Shown piece by piece: positions 38,843-48,439 of a stretch of DNA of 64,000 nt. Position numbers and translations under genes: made by a program. The stretch's first letter is position 1; each line of letters starts with the position of its first letter. The DNA lies in assembly GCA_965200315.1 (NCBI GenBank), contig OZ241362.1, positions 3,264,001-3,328,000 on the forward strand, written 5' to 3'. A model generated the notes under the pieces. It was not told the DNA's origin, made no database searches, and saw only the letters and a list, made by a program, of their open reading frames with translations. Source of the DNA: Candidatus Latescibacterota bacterium. GTDB lineage: Bacteria > Latescibacterota > UBA2968 > UBA8231.

Positions 38843-39577
38843 GTGAAACTAGCCGAACTCACTTGGCCCGACTTGGAGCAAGTCTCCAGAGACACGGTAG
38901 TAGTATATCCCATAGCGGCGTTTGAGCAGCACGGGCCACACCTGCCGTTTATAACGGACACGGCCGAGGTCGCCGCTATCGTCAATCGCCTCGACGCGGA
39001 GATTCCCGAGCAGGTCCTCTGCCTTCCGGCGCAGTGGCTCGGCTACTCTCCGCACCACCTGCGGTTCAAGGGCACGATAACCGCCCAATCGGAAACCCAC
39101 ATCAACATGATCGTCGATACCGTCAGCAGCATGGTCCACGCCGACTTCGACAAAATCGTCATCGTCAACGGCCACGGCGGGAATGTTCCCAATATGAACG
39201 TCGCCCTCCAGCGGCTGATGGAGCAGTGTCCCGACGCGAGAATCTATGGGACCTCTTGGTTTGCCTACGACGAGCTCGGCCAGATCAGGGAGGCGGGGCC
39301 TCACGGTTGGGGGCACGCGGGCGAGATGGAGACCTCGGTGATGATGGCCCTGCATCCCGAATGGGTCAAAGCAGACCGCTTGCAAAAGGACGGCCACCCC
39401 CCGCAGTCCGAGCGCACCGGCCAAGTCGCCCGCTATCGGTGGATCCACGAATCAACCGACCAAGGCACCTACGGCGACCCTACCTTCGGGTCCGCCGAAA
39501 AGGGAGAGCGCTTCATCCGCGCCGCAGTCGAAGTGCTGGTCCGCATCGTCGAGGATATAAAGGCAGGGCGCTTGTAG
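38843..39577 (+). CDS. Creatininase family amidohydrolase
   Basis: EQHGPHLP..TD, NGHGGN, HAGEMETS. Confidence 0.92.
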   Translation: MKLAELTWPDLEQVSRDTVVVYPIAAFEQHGPHLPFITDTAEVAAIVNRLDAEIPEQVLCLPAQWLGYSPHHLRFKGTITAQSETHINMIVDTVSSMVHADFDKIVIVNGHGGNVPNMNVALQRLMEQCPDARIYGTSWFAYDELGQIREAGPHGWGHAGEMETSVMMALHPEWVKADRLQKDGHPPQSERTGQVARYRWIHESTDQGTYGDPTFGSAEKGERFIRAAVEVLVRIVEDIKAGRL

Positions 39578-39681
39578 CGCCAGCTTGACTGGCTACGGAG
39601 GACCCGATATAGCAAGCCGACACGACGGACGCGGCGCGCAGGAGCACACCCGGTTCGGTCGAGCCCCGGCACAACCCTCCC

Positions 39682-39710
39682 GGGATCGAGGGCATCCTGC
39701 CCTCGAAATA
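39682..39710. repeat. REP-like hairpin, copy 2
   Basis: GGGATCGAGGGCATCCTGCCCTCGAAATA; same stem as 26590-26620. Confidence 0.6.
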
Positions 39711-39760
39711 CGCCACACCCCCAGCCGCCAGCTACGCTTTCTTTCAAAGGAGGATATCCC

Positions 39761-40774
39761 ATGGAAATGACAAAAAACCAGCGCAAAATAAATTGGTATC
39801 GCTGTCCCCTGCCGCGCGAGACCCTCGCTGCGCTCAACCAGCGCAGCGACTTTTGGGGGCTGCTGCAAACGCTGGGGCATCTGGGGCTGCTGGCGGCGAC
39901 GGGGGCGGGGGCTTGGTACGCGGCCGAGCACTTGGCCCTGCCGTGGCTGCTGCTGATCCTCTTTTTCCACGGGACGTTCTACGCCTTTTTGCTCAACGGC
40001 TTCCACGAATTGTGTCATTCCACGGTTTTCAAGAGCAAGTTCCTCAACTACTTCTTCCTCCGCGTGTTCAGCTTTTTAGGCGCGTACAACCACATCCACT
40101 TCTGGACCAGTCACGCCGAGCACCACAAGTACACCTTGCACCCACCCGACGATCTCGAAGTGGTCCTGCCAGCTCAATTGCGATTCGTGGATTTTCTCAA
40201 GAGTGCCATTGTAAATCCGTGGGGCTTGTACGCCCGCTACAAGACGACTTGGCGGCGGGCACGCGGGAAATTAGAGGGCGAATGGGAGCTAGCGCTTTTC
40301 CCCGAATCGGAACCAGACAAGCGGCGACGTCTCATTCGCTGGGATCGCTTCTTGCTGGTGGGGCACGCCTTAATAGTAGTAGTGTCCTTGTACTTCGGCC
40401 TGTGGATGGTGCCAGTGATCATTACGCTAGCCCCGTTCTACGGCGGCTGGTTGCTGTTCTTGTGCAACAACACCCAGCACATCGGCTTGCAGGACGACGT
40501 GCCGGACTTTCGGCTCTGCACCCGCACAGTCATCTTGAATCCGTTCTTCCGCTTCCTCTACTGGCACATGAACTACCACATCGAACACCACATGTACGCC
40601 GCCGTGCCGTGCTACCGCCTCGGCAAGCTACACGCGGTAATCAAAAGCGACCTGCCGCACTGTCCGCAGGGGCTGTACGAAGCATGGACAGAGATCGCTG
40701 CCATTCTCGAACGGCAAAAGGCCGAGCCAGACTACGAATACGTACCGGAATTGCCTACGCCCGTCGCGGCTTAA
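39761..40774 (+). CDS. Fatty acid desaturase family (membrane di-iron) protein
   Basis: His boxes HELCH, HAEHH, YHIEHH; TM segments; AAGGAGG RBS. Confidence 0.9.
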   Translation: MEMTKNQRKINWYRCPLPRETLAALNQRSDFWGLLQTLGHLGLLAATGAGAWYAAEHLALPWLLLILFFHGTFYAFLLNGFHELCHSTVFKSKFLNYFFLRVFSFLGAYNHIHFWTSHAEHHKYTLHPPDDLEVVLPAQLRFVDFLKSAIVNPWGLYARYKTTWRRARGKLEGEWELALFPESEPDKRRRLIRWDRFLLVGHALIVVVSLYFGLWMVPVIITLAPFYGGWLLFLCNNTQHIGLQDDVPDFRLCTRTVILNPFFRFLYWHMNYHIEHHMYAAVPCYRLGKLHAVIKSDLPHCPQGLYEAWTEIAAILERQKAEPDYEYVPELPTPVAA

Positions 40775-40856
40775 GGCGATGCCTTTTGAGCAGACTCAGT
40801 ATTGTTGCAGCCAACCCTACTCTTAGTGGCCTCGACTCTAGAGATGAATGCAGCCA

Positions 40857-40990
40857 ATGGATATTGCCATATCTGTTGCAGGCGTACCTATCCGTCTGAC
40901 ACATGAGCGGTGGTTCCATATTGCCAAAAACCATGATGACATGGCAGGATACTACGAGGATGTACCCGACCTTGTCGAGAGTCCTGAAGC
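40857..40990 (+). pseudogene. N-terminal remnant of a small toxin-antitoxin-type (PBECR/RelE-like) protein
   Basis: MDIAISVAGVPIRLTHERWFHIAKNHDDMAGYYEDV...ESPE then loses similarity; IRLT.ERW.HI...H pattern recognised from memory. Confidence 0.5.
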
Positions 40991-41039
40991 ACCATTGAGC
41001 CGCTCGTCGAGGCATCCGCTCACCCTTGAACGAATTTCT

Positions 41040-41723
41040 TCACCACCGCTGTCCCAACGGCGTCAGTACCAGTTCATCGACATTGACCCCGCGCGGCTGC
41101 GCCAGCACAAAGCACACAGCGTCGGCAACTTCATCGCGGCTCAAGCGACAACGCCGGCCGGCCTCGTGCAACGGCACCGGATTCGGGCTAGCCACCGCGC
41201 CTAGGGTGATTAACCCGACGTGGACTCCTTGCTCGGCTGCCTCCCAGCGCAAACTCTCGCACAGCCCGCGCACCGCAGATTCAACCGTCGCATAGAGTAC
41301 CGGCGGCCGCGCGCGGATCAGTCCCTGCAAGCCGTTGATATGTACTATCCGCCCGCCGCTTTGCATCAACTCCGGCAGGACAGCACGCGTGATCTGCAAT
41401 GCGCCGTTTACATCCGTATCGACAAAGGCGCGCAGCTCCTCGTAGCGGACCTCGGCAAGCGGCTCCTCCACCCAAGTGCCGGCCGCATTGACCAACGCGT
41501 CGAGGCGCCCAAACGCTTCTACTGACTCCCGCACCGCAGCTTCGCAATCCGCCACAATCCCCACATCGCCCGGCACTGCTACCGCGCCGTCCAATTCAGC
41601 GGCGATAGCCTGCACCCTCTCCGTGCGTCGCGCCATCAGCGCAACTCGGTGCCCAGCCTCTGCCAGCCGCCGTGCGATAGTCTCGCCAATGCCAGAACTA
41701 GCACCCGTAATAAGCGCATTCAC
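41040..41723 (-). CDS. SDR family oxidoreductase (atypical: YATVE instead of YxxxK)
   Basis: ITGASSGIG, DALVNAAG, C-terminal QP.GVNVDELV. Confidence 0.85.
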   Translation of the reverse strand: MNALITGASSGIGETIARRLAEAGHRVALMARRTERVQAIAAELDGAVAVPGDVGIVADCEAAVRESVEAFGRLDALVNAAGTWVEEPLAEVRYEELRAFVDTDVNGALQITRAVLPELMQSGGRIVHINGLQGLIRARPPVLYATVESAVRGLCESLRWEAAEQGVHVGLITLGAVASPNPVPLHEAGRRCRLSRDEVADAVCFVLAQPRGVNVDELVLTPLGQRW

Positions 41724-41743
41724 CGCGCGGTATCTCCTGACGT

Positions 41744-42733
41744 TCAGATAAATCTAGTCGTGATTTGCCCCACGAGCGCCTCGCCCCGTGCGTAGCGGTC
41801 GAGGTTGTCTGCGGCCAGACGCGCCCGCTTGCGCGAGGTGCCGTCGGTCGAACCAGCGGTGTGGGGCATGGCAAACACATTGGGCAATTGGAAAACCGGG
41901 GCCGTAGCGTCGGGTGGTTCTTGAGCGAAAACATCGAGTCCGGCCCCGCTCAAACGACCGTCCAAAAGCGCTCGGTACAGGGCGTCCTCATCGACCAGCG
42001 CCCCTCGGGCCACGTTGATGAGGCAAGCGGTTTCCTTCATCAGGCCGATGCGCCGTGCGTCGATGGTGTGCCGGGTTTCCGGCGTCAGGTGCAGATGCAG
42101 CGACAGGTAATCGCTTTCGGCCACCACGCGGTCGACGTCTTCGGGGCCGCCGAGGAGTTCAGGCTCGATTTCGGCGAGGATTTCCTCTTCAATAGGGCGG
42201 ATGTCGATGGCCAAGATCCGCAGGCCAAAGGGCTTGGCCCGGCGCGCCAAGTCTTGGGCACTCGCGCCAAAACCGATCAGGCCGAGCGTCAGGCCCTCCA
42301 GTTCGATGCCCGTAGGCACGTACATCTTGCCAGCGTCAAAGTTCCGCCGCGCCTCTCCGTAGCGGTGGGCGTGCATGAGGATGAACATCATCGCACTCTG
42401 AGCCAACGCCACGCTGCTGAGCTGCCCGGGGCAATGGGCGAGCAGTAGCCCGGCGTTGAGAATCCCCTCGACATCGACGTGGTCGAGGCCGGTGGTCTGG
42501 ACTTGGAGGAATTGGACGCCAGCGTCGGCCGCAGCAGCCAGCAGGTCCGAGCTGATGTTGCCCCCTAAATCGACGATGGCTTCAATGCCCGCCATTTGAG
42601 GTGCGGCAGGCCGGGTGCGGTCGAAGATGCGGAGATTGTGGCGGGCACGTACGGCCTCGATCACGTCGGTTGTCCAAGGCGAGGCGATCGCAGCAACCGG
42701 GTGGGGCAGAAAAAGAACCGCAAGTCGGCGCAT
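41744..42733 (-). CDS. D-isomer-specific 2-hydroxyacid dehydrogenase
   Basis: GLIGFG, INVARG.LVDE, GAGLDVF.QEP, PHTAG. Confidence 0.92.
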   Translation of the reverse strand: MRRLAVLFLPHPVAAIASPWTTDVIEAVRARHNLRIFDRTRPAAPQMAGIEAIVDLGGNISSDLLAAAADAGVQFLQVQTTGLDHVDVEGILNAGLLLAHCPGQLSSVALAQSAMMFILMHAHRYGEARRNFDAGKMYVPTGIELEGLTLGLIGFGASAQDLARRAKPFGLRILAIDIRPIEEEILAEIEPELLGGPEDVDRVVAESDYLSLHLHLTPETRHTIDARRIGLMKETACLINVARGALVDEDALYRALLDGRLSGAGLDVFAQEPPDATAPVFQLPNVFAMPHTAGSTDGTSRKRARLAADNLDRYARGEALVGQITTRFI

Positions 42734-42734
42734 A

Positions 42735-43512
42735 CTAGTACCCCAAGTCGGCGCGGACGCGTGCCATCTGTTGGCAACCAGCCGCGAGGAACGGCTCGTC
42801 GCCGCCAGCGAGAATCAGCGAGAAGCCGTCGTCTATGGCGCGTTGGATTGACTGCGGGTCGCTAGCCGGGCGATAGACCCCGATGCCAGCGGGCTTGCCA
42901 GCGCGGCGGGCGGCATCGGCTAGCTGGGCTTGGGCATCCTGGAAGACGGACCCCTCGTAGTCAAAGGGCACCCCCAGCGAGATGGACAGATCGACCGGGC
43001 CGATGACGAACGTATCGACGCCCTCGACAGCGAGGATTTCGTCGATATTGGCGACCGCCTCGGCTGTTTCAATCAGCGCGATGAACAGCACTAAGTCGTT
43101 TATCTCCGCGAAGTACTCGTCAGTGCGCAACCCGTACTGGGCCGCCCGATGCGGCCCGAAACCGCGAATGCCAACCGGCGGATAGCGGCAGGCGCGAGCG
43201 CCTTCTGCGGCTTGGGCGGCAGTGTTGACGAACGGGGCGAGGATGCCCAGCGCACCCATGTCGAGGTAGAGGCGAATCTGCTCCTCGTCGATGCGCGGCA
43301 GGCGGACGATGGGCGTGGCCGGGGTATTGCCGATGGCCTGCAATTGCGCTTGGATGCCAGTGGGGGTTTGCGGGGCGTGTTCCGAGTCGATGACGAGAAA
43401 GTCAAAGCCCGAGTGGCCGCAGAGTTCGGCAATGGCCGGAGAGCCAAAGCGGAGTTGGGGTACCAAAAGCGGGCTTGCCCGCGGCGAATTGGTCTTTGAT
43501 GCGATTGTGCAT
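42735..43512 (-). pseudogene. HpcH/HpaI aldolase with single-base frameshift near the 5' end
   Basis: AGGAGG RBS + MHNRIKDQFAAGKPAFGT; an extra base in the G4 run at 43457-43460 separates it from QLRFGSP...IDSEH...IET...IGPVDLS. Confidence 0.75.
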
Positions 43513-43558
43513 GTAGCCTCCTAACAGACGTTACGGTGCGCCAAGTGCGGTTTTCTCT

Positions 43559-43586
43559 TGTCATGCTGAGCGCAAGCGAAGCATCC
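43559..43586. repeat. REP-like element fragment
   Basis: TGTCATGCTGAGCGCAAGCGAAGCATCC resembles a widespread GTCAT.CTGAGCG.AGCGAAG.ATC intergenic repeat family. Confidence 0.5.
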
Positions 43587-43606
43587 CATACCTGTAGCAT
43601 CAATTC

Positions 43607-45502
43607 CTAATTCCACGGCAGAGCATACGAAGGCTTATTGACGAAACGCTCCATCCCCAAGTCGAGCCGAATGGCCGCGCCAGCTTGGAGACAGACTGTG
43701 AAGTGTCGGCCCTGTACGGCGACCGTTCTGTCCTCTAGCTGCCCCTGAACAGTCTGCTGATATTGGGTGGCATGCGAGTGTCCCGCGCCGGCTTCTTCAG
43801 CCGAGATGGGCCGGCGCTGCTGATAGGCAACGCGGGTGAAGCTGTGCTCGCCAAAAGCGCCGGCCTGTAGCAAGCCCTCGCGCTCTTGTGTCGGGTGCAG
43901 GTTGACCAAGTGCAGGACGGCCCGCTCGTCTGCGAGCGATTCCACCAAGGCGGCCACGTCTGGCGGCAAGCCCGGCCGGCCGCGTTGCGGGTCAAAGTAG
44001 CGCAGGCGCGCCATGAGCAGGCCGCCGTTGTACATGAAGAGCGGGGCACCCATCGTCAGTTGCACCAAGCCCTCGACCGTGATGGGGTTGCGCACCTGCA
44101 AATACGCATCGCTGTAGGTGGCAGGGTCTTGCTGGTCGTCGCGCATAAAGGCCAAGCGCTGATATACTTGCGCGTGGTTGTGCCGCAGGATGTCCACCGG
44201 GTACTGCGGGTATTCGCCTTCGAGATACGCGGTCCAAGCGGCTTCGTGGCCGCCGCCGTGCTTGGAAGAGTGCGAGCGTACCTGCCGCCAATTGTCGCTG
44301 TCGTGGTTGCGCTGCTGTTGGAGCCGCGCCAAGTCCTCTCGCTGCATGCTCATGCACCAGAGGTGGGTCGTGGGATGGGCCTGCATTGGGCTGTACCCGT
44401 CCCAGCCTTTGTCGTGGTAGAAGTGCGGCGCGTACAGCGTTTGTCCCCGCATTTCCCCCTGCTGCATCAGCACGTCGATTTGCGAGCGCGGCAAGTCCAT
44501 GTAGCGCAAGTCGCCGGAGAGCAAAACCGCGTTTTCCGCGGCCGCAATGCAGGCGTCGCTCAGGTGGTGCCAACCGTGCGGCCACGTCCAGCCGTAGTAC
44601 CCGCCGTACCACTTGCCGTCCATGTATTCGCCGATCTGACCCGAAAGGCCGATGTTGTCGGGCAGGATGCCGTTGTTTTGCCGGGTGCGCTCGATCCACG
44701 CGTTGGTGTATTCCTCGACCCAAGCTCGGTACTTGTCGTCGCCGCTGCACAGGTAGGCGTTGGTCACCATGCTGGTAGCGGCGAGGTTGCAGGCCACATC
44801 GCCGCGGCTCATGCGCTCGACGAGGGTTTGGCCCATCTTCGCTTCCATGCCCGGCTTTTGCAAATCCTCAACCGTCTCAATGCCGGGAATGTCGTGAAAA
44901 GGCAAGGGCCAGGGTTTCCACTGGGCGTAGCGATAGACCGTGTAGTGCTTTTCAAAGTTGCGGTGCGCCGGTCCCATACTCCCATTGTGGGCGCAGCGGA
45001 TGAGCTTGTTCTCCGCGTCGTAATTGGGGGCCTCGGGGTCTTCGTTGAGATAGAAGCCCGCATAGCGCTTGGCGCGCTCGACGTTCTTTTCGGTGGGATC
45101 AGCAAGACATAGCAAATAGAAAAACAAGTACCCCTCGCCTTGGTGCATCCAGTCGTAGCCTTGCTCGTATTCTTTGACGATCATGGGGTGGCCGTGGCCG
45201 CTGTCGTAGCGAGCGAACTGTCGGGTGATGCCTTCCCAAGTGCGATGGGAATATTCGAGCAGATGATCGCCGCCGCCCAGCAAGTAAAAGAGCGGCCAGT
45301 TGTGGAAGCTCTCGTACGCGTCGTCGAGGCCGTCGATGCTGCTGAAGTCCTCTGTGGGCGGCCACAGCACCGAGCCGTCCGGGCGCACATAGCGCTCCAT
45401 GAGCGGATGGACGGACGCGTCCATCAGGTCGATTAGGCTGCGCTCGAGAACGGCCCATTCGGGCGGCTCGACAAACGGTATATTCGCTTCGACTCTTATC
45501 AC
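43607..45502 (-). CDS. Conserved uncharacterised protein, paralog of 21333-23090
   Basis: PPEWAVLER, DGLDDAYE, DWMHQGEG, APNYD, DGKWYGGYYGW, C-terminal RFVN.PSY.LPW; GTG start after GAGGAGG. Confidence 0.78.
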   Translation of the reverse strand: MIRVEANIPFVEPPEWAVLERSLIDLMDASVHPLMERYVRPDGSVLWPPTEDFSSIDGLDDAYESFHNWPLFYLLGGGDHLLEYSHRTWEGITRQFARYDSGHGHPMIVKEYEQGYDWMHQGEGYLFFYLLCLADPTEKNVERAKRYAGFYLNEDPEAPNYDAENKLIRCAHNGSMGPAHRNFEKHYTVYRYAQWKPWPLPFHDIPGIETVEDLQKPGMEAKMGQTLVERMSRGDVACNLAATSMVTNAYLCSGDDKYRAWVEEYTNAWIERTRQNNGILPDNIGLSGQIGEYMDGKWYGGYYGWTWPHGWHHLSDACIAAAENAVLLSGDLRYMDLPRSQIDVLMQQGEMRGQTLYAPHFYHDKGWDGYSPMQAHPTTHLWCMSMQREDLARLQQQRNHDSDNWRQVRSHSSKHGGGHEAAWTAYLEGEYPQYPVDILRHNHAQVYQRLAFMRDDQQDPATYSDAYLQVRNPITVEGLVQLTMGAPLFMYNGGLLMARLRYFDPQRGRPGLPPDVAALVESLADERAVLHLVNLHPTQEREGLLQAGAFGEHSFTRVAYQQRRPISAEEAGAGHSHATQYQQTVQGQLEDRTVAVQGRHFTVCLQAGAAIRLDLGMERFVNKPSYALPWN

Positions 45503-45531
45503 TTTAGCCTCCTCATCTGTTGTACAAGCTG

Positions 45532-45580
45532 AGTACCTACCCCCTAGCTCCCCTTCCGCATTGGACAGGGGATAGGTACT
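45532..45580. repeat. Intergenic inverted repeat (REP-like or terminator)
   Basis: AGTACCTACCCC...GGGGATAGGTACT arms. Confidence 0.4.
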
Positions 45581-45645
45581 TCGCTCAACCACGCCGGCTG
45601 TATCGGCACGGATGACCGCATTGGATTCCCCGTCACCTCGCCTGC

Positions 45646-47193
45646 TCAGGCGCGTTCCACGTCAAACGCCGCGACATTGCGCTCATCCTTGCTGAACTCG
45701 ACGCCAATCAGGTGAATCGGCTGCCCCAAGCCGCGATACTTATCCGCATAGCACCGTTCCTTTAGCTGCGCCAGCGCCGCACCCGCTGACGCCATCTCGA
45801 CCACCTTAAACTCGAACAGATAGACGTTGCCGTTGAACAAAACCGCCATGTCCAAACGACCGTGGCTGCTGCTGTCCTCGACCCGAATGTCCAGCCCCAA
45901 CGCCGCGAAATACGAATAGAATACGCTGGCGTAGTAGCCCTCGTACCGGGCGATGTCGTTGTTGGTGTACCACTCGTAGGGAATGCTGGCAAAGAAAGCG
46001 TGGAACAGCGTCGCCAGCCCAGCGAAGTCGTTGGCTTCCAACAGCCGGTAGAGCCGGATGCTGTTGGCCATCTGCCGCGTCGCATCCCGCACCAAGTAGC
46101 GCAGCAAGCTCTCGTTGAGGCTTTGGCGCACCTCCCGGTTGGGATAGCCCAACTGATAGAGCCGCTTGCCGCCCAAGTCCTCTTCGTCGGAGATGGTCAG
46201 GTAGCCCGTCTGGAACAGCAGGGCCTCGGTGGCGATGTGATCGACGTCAAAGGTCGAGAGCAACTCGTCGCTGCCGATCATTGCACTGAGTTCCAAGGAA
46301 CTGACGTGGCGCTTGCAAAGCGTTTCGATCAAGAACGTGGGTGTACCGGTCTCAAACCAATGCGCTTTGAACTCGCGACTGTCGAACAGCAGCAGGATGT
46401 CGAAAGGGTTGTACACCTTCTCGTCGCCCCGCCAACGGTAGCCGTTGTACCAATCTCGGATCTGACCCCGATCCAAGCCGGGCAACTCCGGTGCGAACAC
46501 CGCGTCCAAGTCCGCCTCGGTGTAGCCGCACAGGGCCGAATAGCGCGGGTCCAAGGTGATGTCCTTGAGGTTGTTGAGGCCGGAAAATAGGCTGACCTTG
46601 GAGAATTTGCTCACGCCGGTGATAAACGTGAAGCGGATGTGCGCGTCGCAGTCCTTGATGACCGCATACAGGCCGCGCAGAAAGTCGCGGTTGGCGCGGG
46701 CGATGTCCGGCACCTCTAGGGCATCTAAAATCGGCTTGTCGTATTCGTCGATCAGCACGGCGACCGGATGCCCGGCGCGGTCATGCAGCGCCTCCAGCAG
46801 AGCGGCAAAACGCCCGGGGGCCGTGGCGTACTCAGAGACAACCTCTGACCGGCGTTCGGCCGCGGCGAGTTGCTCCATGAACGTGACTTCTACGTGGCCG
46901 GGTTCTTTGAAGTTGCCGCTGCCAAAGCTGAGCCGCAGCGCCGGATGGCGCACCGACCAATCCCAACAGTCGTGAATATCCAGCCCGGCAAACAGCGGCT
47001 CGTTGCCCTCGAACAGTTCCTTGAGCGTATCCAAGAACAGGCTCTTGCCGAAGCGCCGAGGACGCGACAGGAAGTAATGAGTACCTTCGTCGAGCAGCCG
47101 CCGGATGTAAGCGGTCTTATCGACATAGTAGCAGTCCTCTTGTCGAATTTTGCGGAAGGTCTGAATGCCGATAGGTAGTCTGCGTTTGCTCAT
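45646..47193 (-). CDS. AAA-ATPase-like protein with C-terminal PD-(D/E)XK nuclease domain
   Basis: LPIGIQTF, YYVDKT, SRPRRFGKSL (Walker A), LIDEYDKP (Walker B), GRLD...FEFK; start after GGAGG. Confidence 0.92.
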   Translation of the reverse strand: MSKRRLPIGIQTFRKIRQEDCYYVDKTAYIRRLLDEGTHYFLSRPRRFGKSLFLDTLKELFEGNEPLFAGLDIHDCWDWSVRHPALRLSFGSGNFKEPGHVEVTFMEQLAAAERRSEVVSEYATAPGRFAALLEALHDRAGHPVAVLIDEYDKPILDALEVPDIARANRDFLRGLYAVIKDCDAHIRFTFITGVSKFSKVSLFSGLNNLKDITLDPRYSALCGYTEADLDAVFAPELPGLDRGQIRDWYNGYRWRGDEKVYNPFDILLLFDSREFKAHWFETGTPTFLIETLCKRHVSSLELSAMIGSDELLSTFDVDHIATEALLFQTGYLTISDEEDLGGKRLYQLGYPNREVRQSLNESLLRYLVRDATRQMANSIRLYRLLEANDFAGLATLFHAFFASIPYEWYTNNDIARYEGYYASVFYSYFAALGLDIRVEDSSSHGRLDMAVLFNGNVYLFEFKVVEMASAGAALAQLKERCYADKYRGLGQPIHLIGVEFSKDERNVAAFDVERA

Positions 47194-47221
47194 GGGCGCA
47201 CCTCCTTCATCTTGCTCCTCG

Positions 47222-47981
47222 CTATTGAGCTGTGGTGTCTGATAGTGCTGATGGTTTTGATGAAACATCTTCTTTGACGGCTTTTTCCTGCGGCCCTTCT
47301 CCGCTCGCCTGCCCTGAGTCTGGTTGCGCTGGAAGGGGCATCAGAGCGGGGTCGGCCTTGGGGCCGGGGGATTGTTCAGGCTCTGCCGTTCCCGCGCTAC
47401 GGCCCTCTTCTCCACTCGCTTGGCCTGAGTCCGGTTGCGCTGGCGAGGGGCCGTCCTCGGGGGCGGACGGCTGACGGCGGCGATTGGAGATCCGCTTGCT
47501 CAGCCGATCCCTGCTGCGGTTCTGGGGCGGCTTCAACCGCCACATCTTCAGCCTGCATACCCGACAGGCGGCGCAACTTCCCCTTGCGGAATAACCACAA
47601 CGGCGAATCGCCCACACTGATCCACTCGCGCCCGTCCGGCGAAATGACCGCCGCGACCACGGTCGAACCCATGCCCGATAAGCCGGGGTTTTCGGCTATG
47701 GCCGCGGCTAGGGCTTGATTGGCCGCATCCAGACAGGTGCGCAGACGATCCGGTACCGCCCCCTCGGTGTCGGAATAGCGCTTGGCGAAGGTTTGGACGA
47801 TGGTCCAGCTAGCCGTGTCGCCGCTGACGTGCCCACCCATCCCATCGGCCAGCAACAGCACTTCGCTGCGGTCTTCATCGTGCAGATCAATCAGGCCGTA
47901 ATCGTCTTCCTGATAAGGCCGCGCACCTTGAATTTGCCGGGCGGCGACGCGGCCATCCAATTGTTCGTCCAATAGGTTCAT
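47222..47981 (-). pseudogene. PP2C-family Ser/Thr phosphatase pseudogene
   Basis: R..QED, LADGMGGH, GMGST, VGDS motifs, then after KLRRL the DH/DGL/DN half is missing; low-complexity tail continues in another frame with PAQPDSGQASGE twice. Confidence 0.75.
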
Positions 47982-48229
47982 GGCCTACCTCTTTCTGTGT
48001 GCTGTGCGTAAGAATTACCGTGCATCCTCTAAAAGAGGAGCATTCGTCAGCACATGCCCCTCTTCATGGACAACAAAGCCGCTGCCTGCCGCGCTAACCT
48101 TGTCATTTTTGTAGCACGCACCCGCACGATGCTTTCAGATGCTACATCGCCATCGATTCCCGCAAAGACAGGACGGAAGCAAAGGAACAAAGACGCCGTA
48201 AAATTCATGTAAAAACGAAAACCTCACCT

Positions 48230-48410
48230 GCTGGTCTCCTCTGAAAATACCTCGACCATCTCAGAAACACCACTATCCGCCGCATCGTGCAGCGGCGTTA
48301 TGCCAGCGTTGTCTTTGGCATTGACATCGGCTCCCTGCTTAAGCAACAACGCCGCCGTGGCACAAGCATCCTTAAACGCCGCCCGGCGCAGCGGTGTCCT
48401 ACCATAGTCG
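48230..48410 (-). pseudogene. Ankyrin-repeat fragment
   Basis: DYGRTPLRRAA...LLLKQGADVNAKDNAGITPLHDAA; no start codon context. Confidence 0.75.
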
Positions 48411-48439
48411 GGCGAGTCTGATTCTCGCTCTTCTTGGAT

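Noticed and set aside
21342-45112. Long antisense or alternate-frame ORFs (for example 21342-22427, 39793-40899, 43886-45112)
   Set aside because: Shadow ORFs expected in GC-rich coding DNA; they overlap well-supported genes and have no motifs
45646-47193. AAA + PD-(D/E)XK protein as a novel defence system
   Set aside because: Well-known, often multicopy family with no specific partner gene here
47290-47450. Direct repeat of about 45 nt
   Set aside because: Encodes PAQPDSGQASGE twice in the low-complexity tail of the PP2C pseudogene; only two copies
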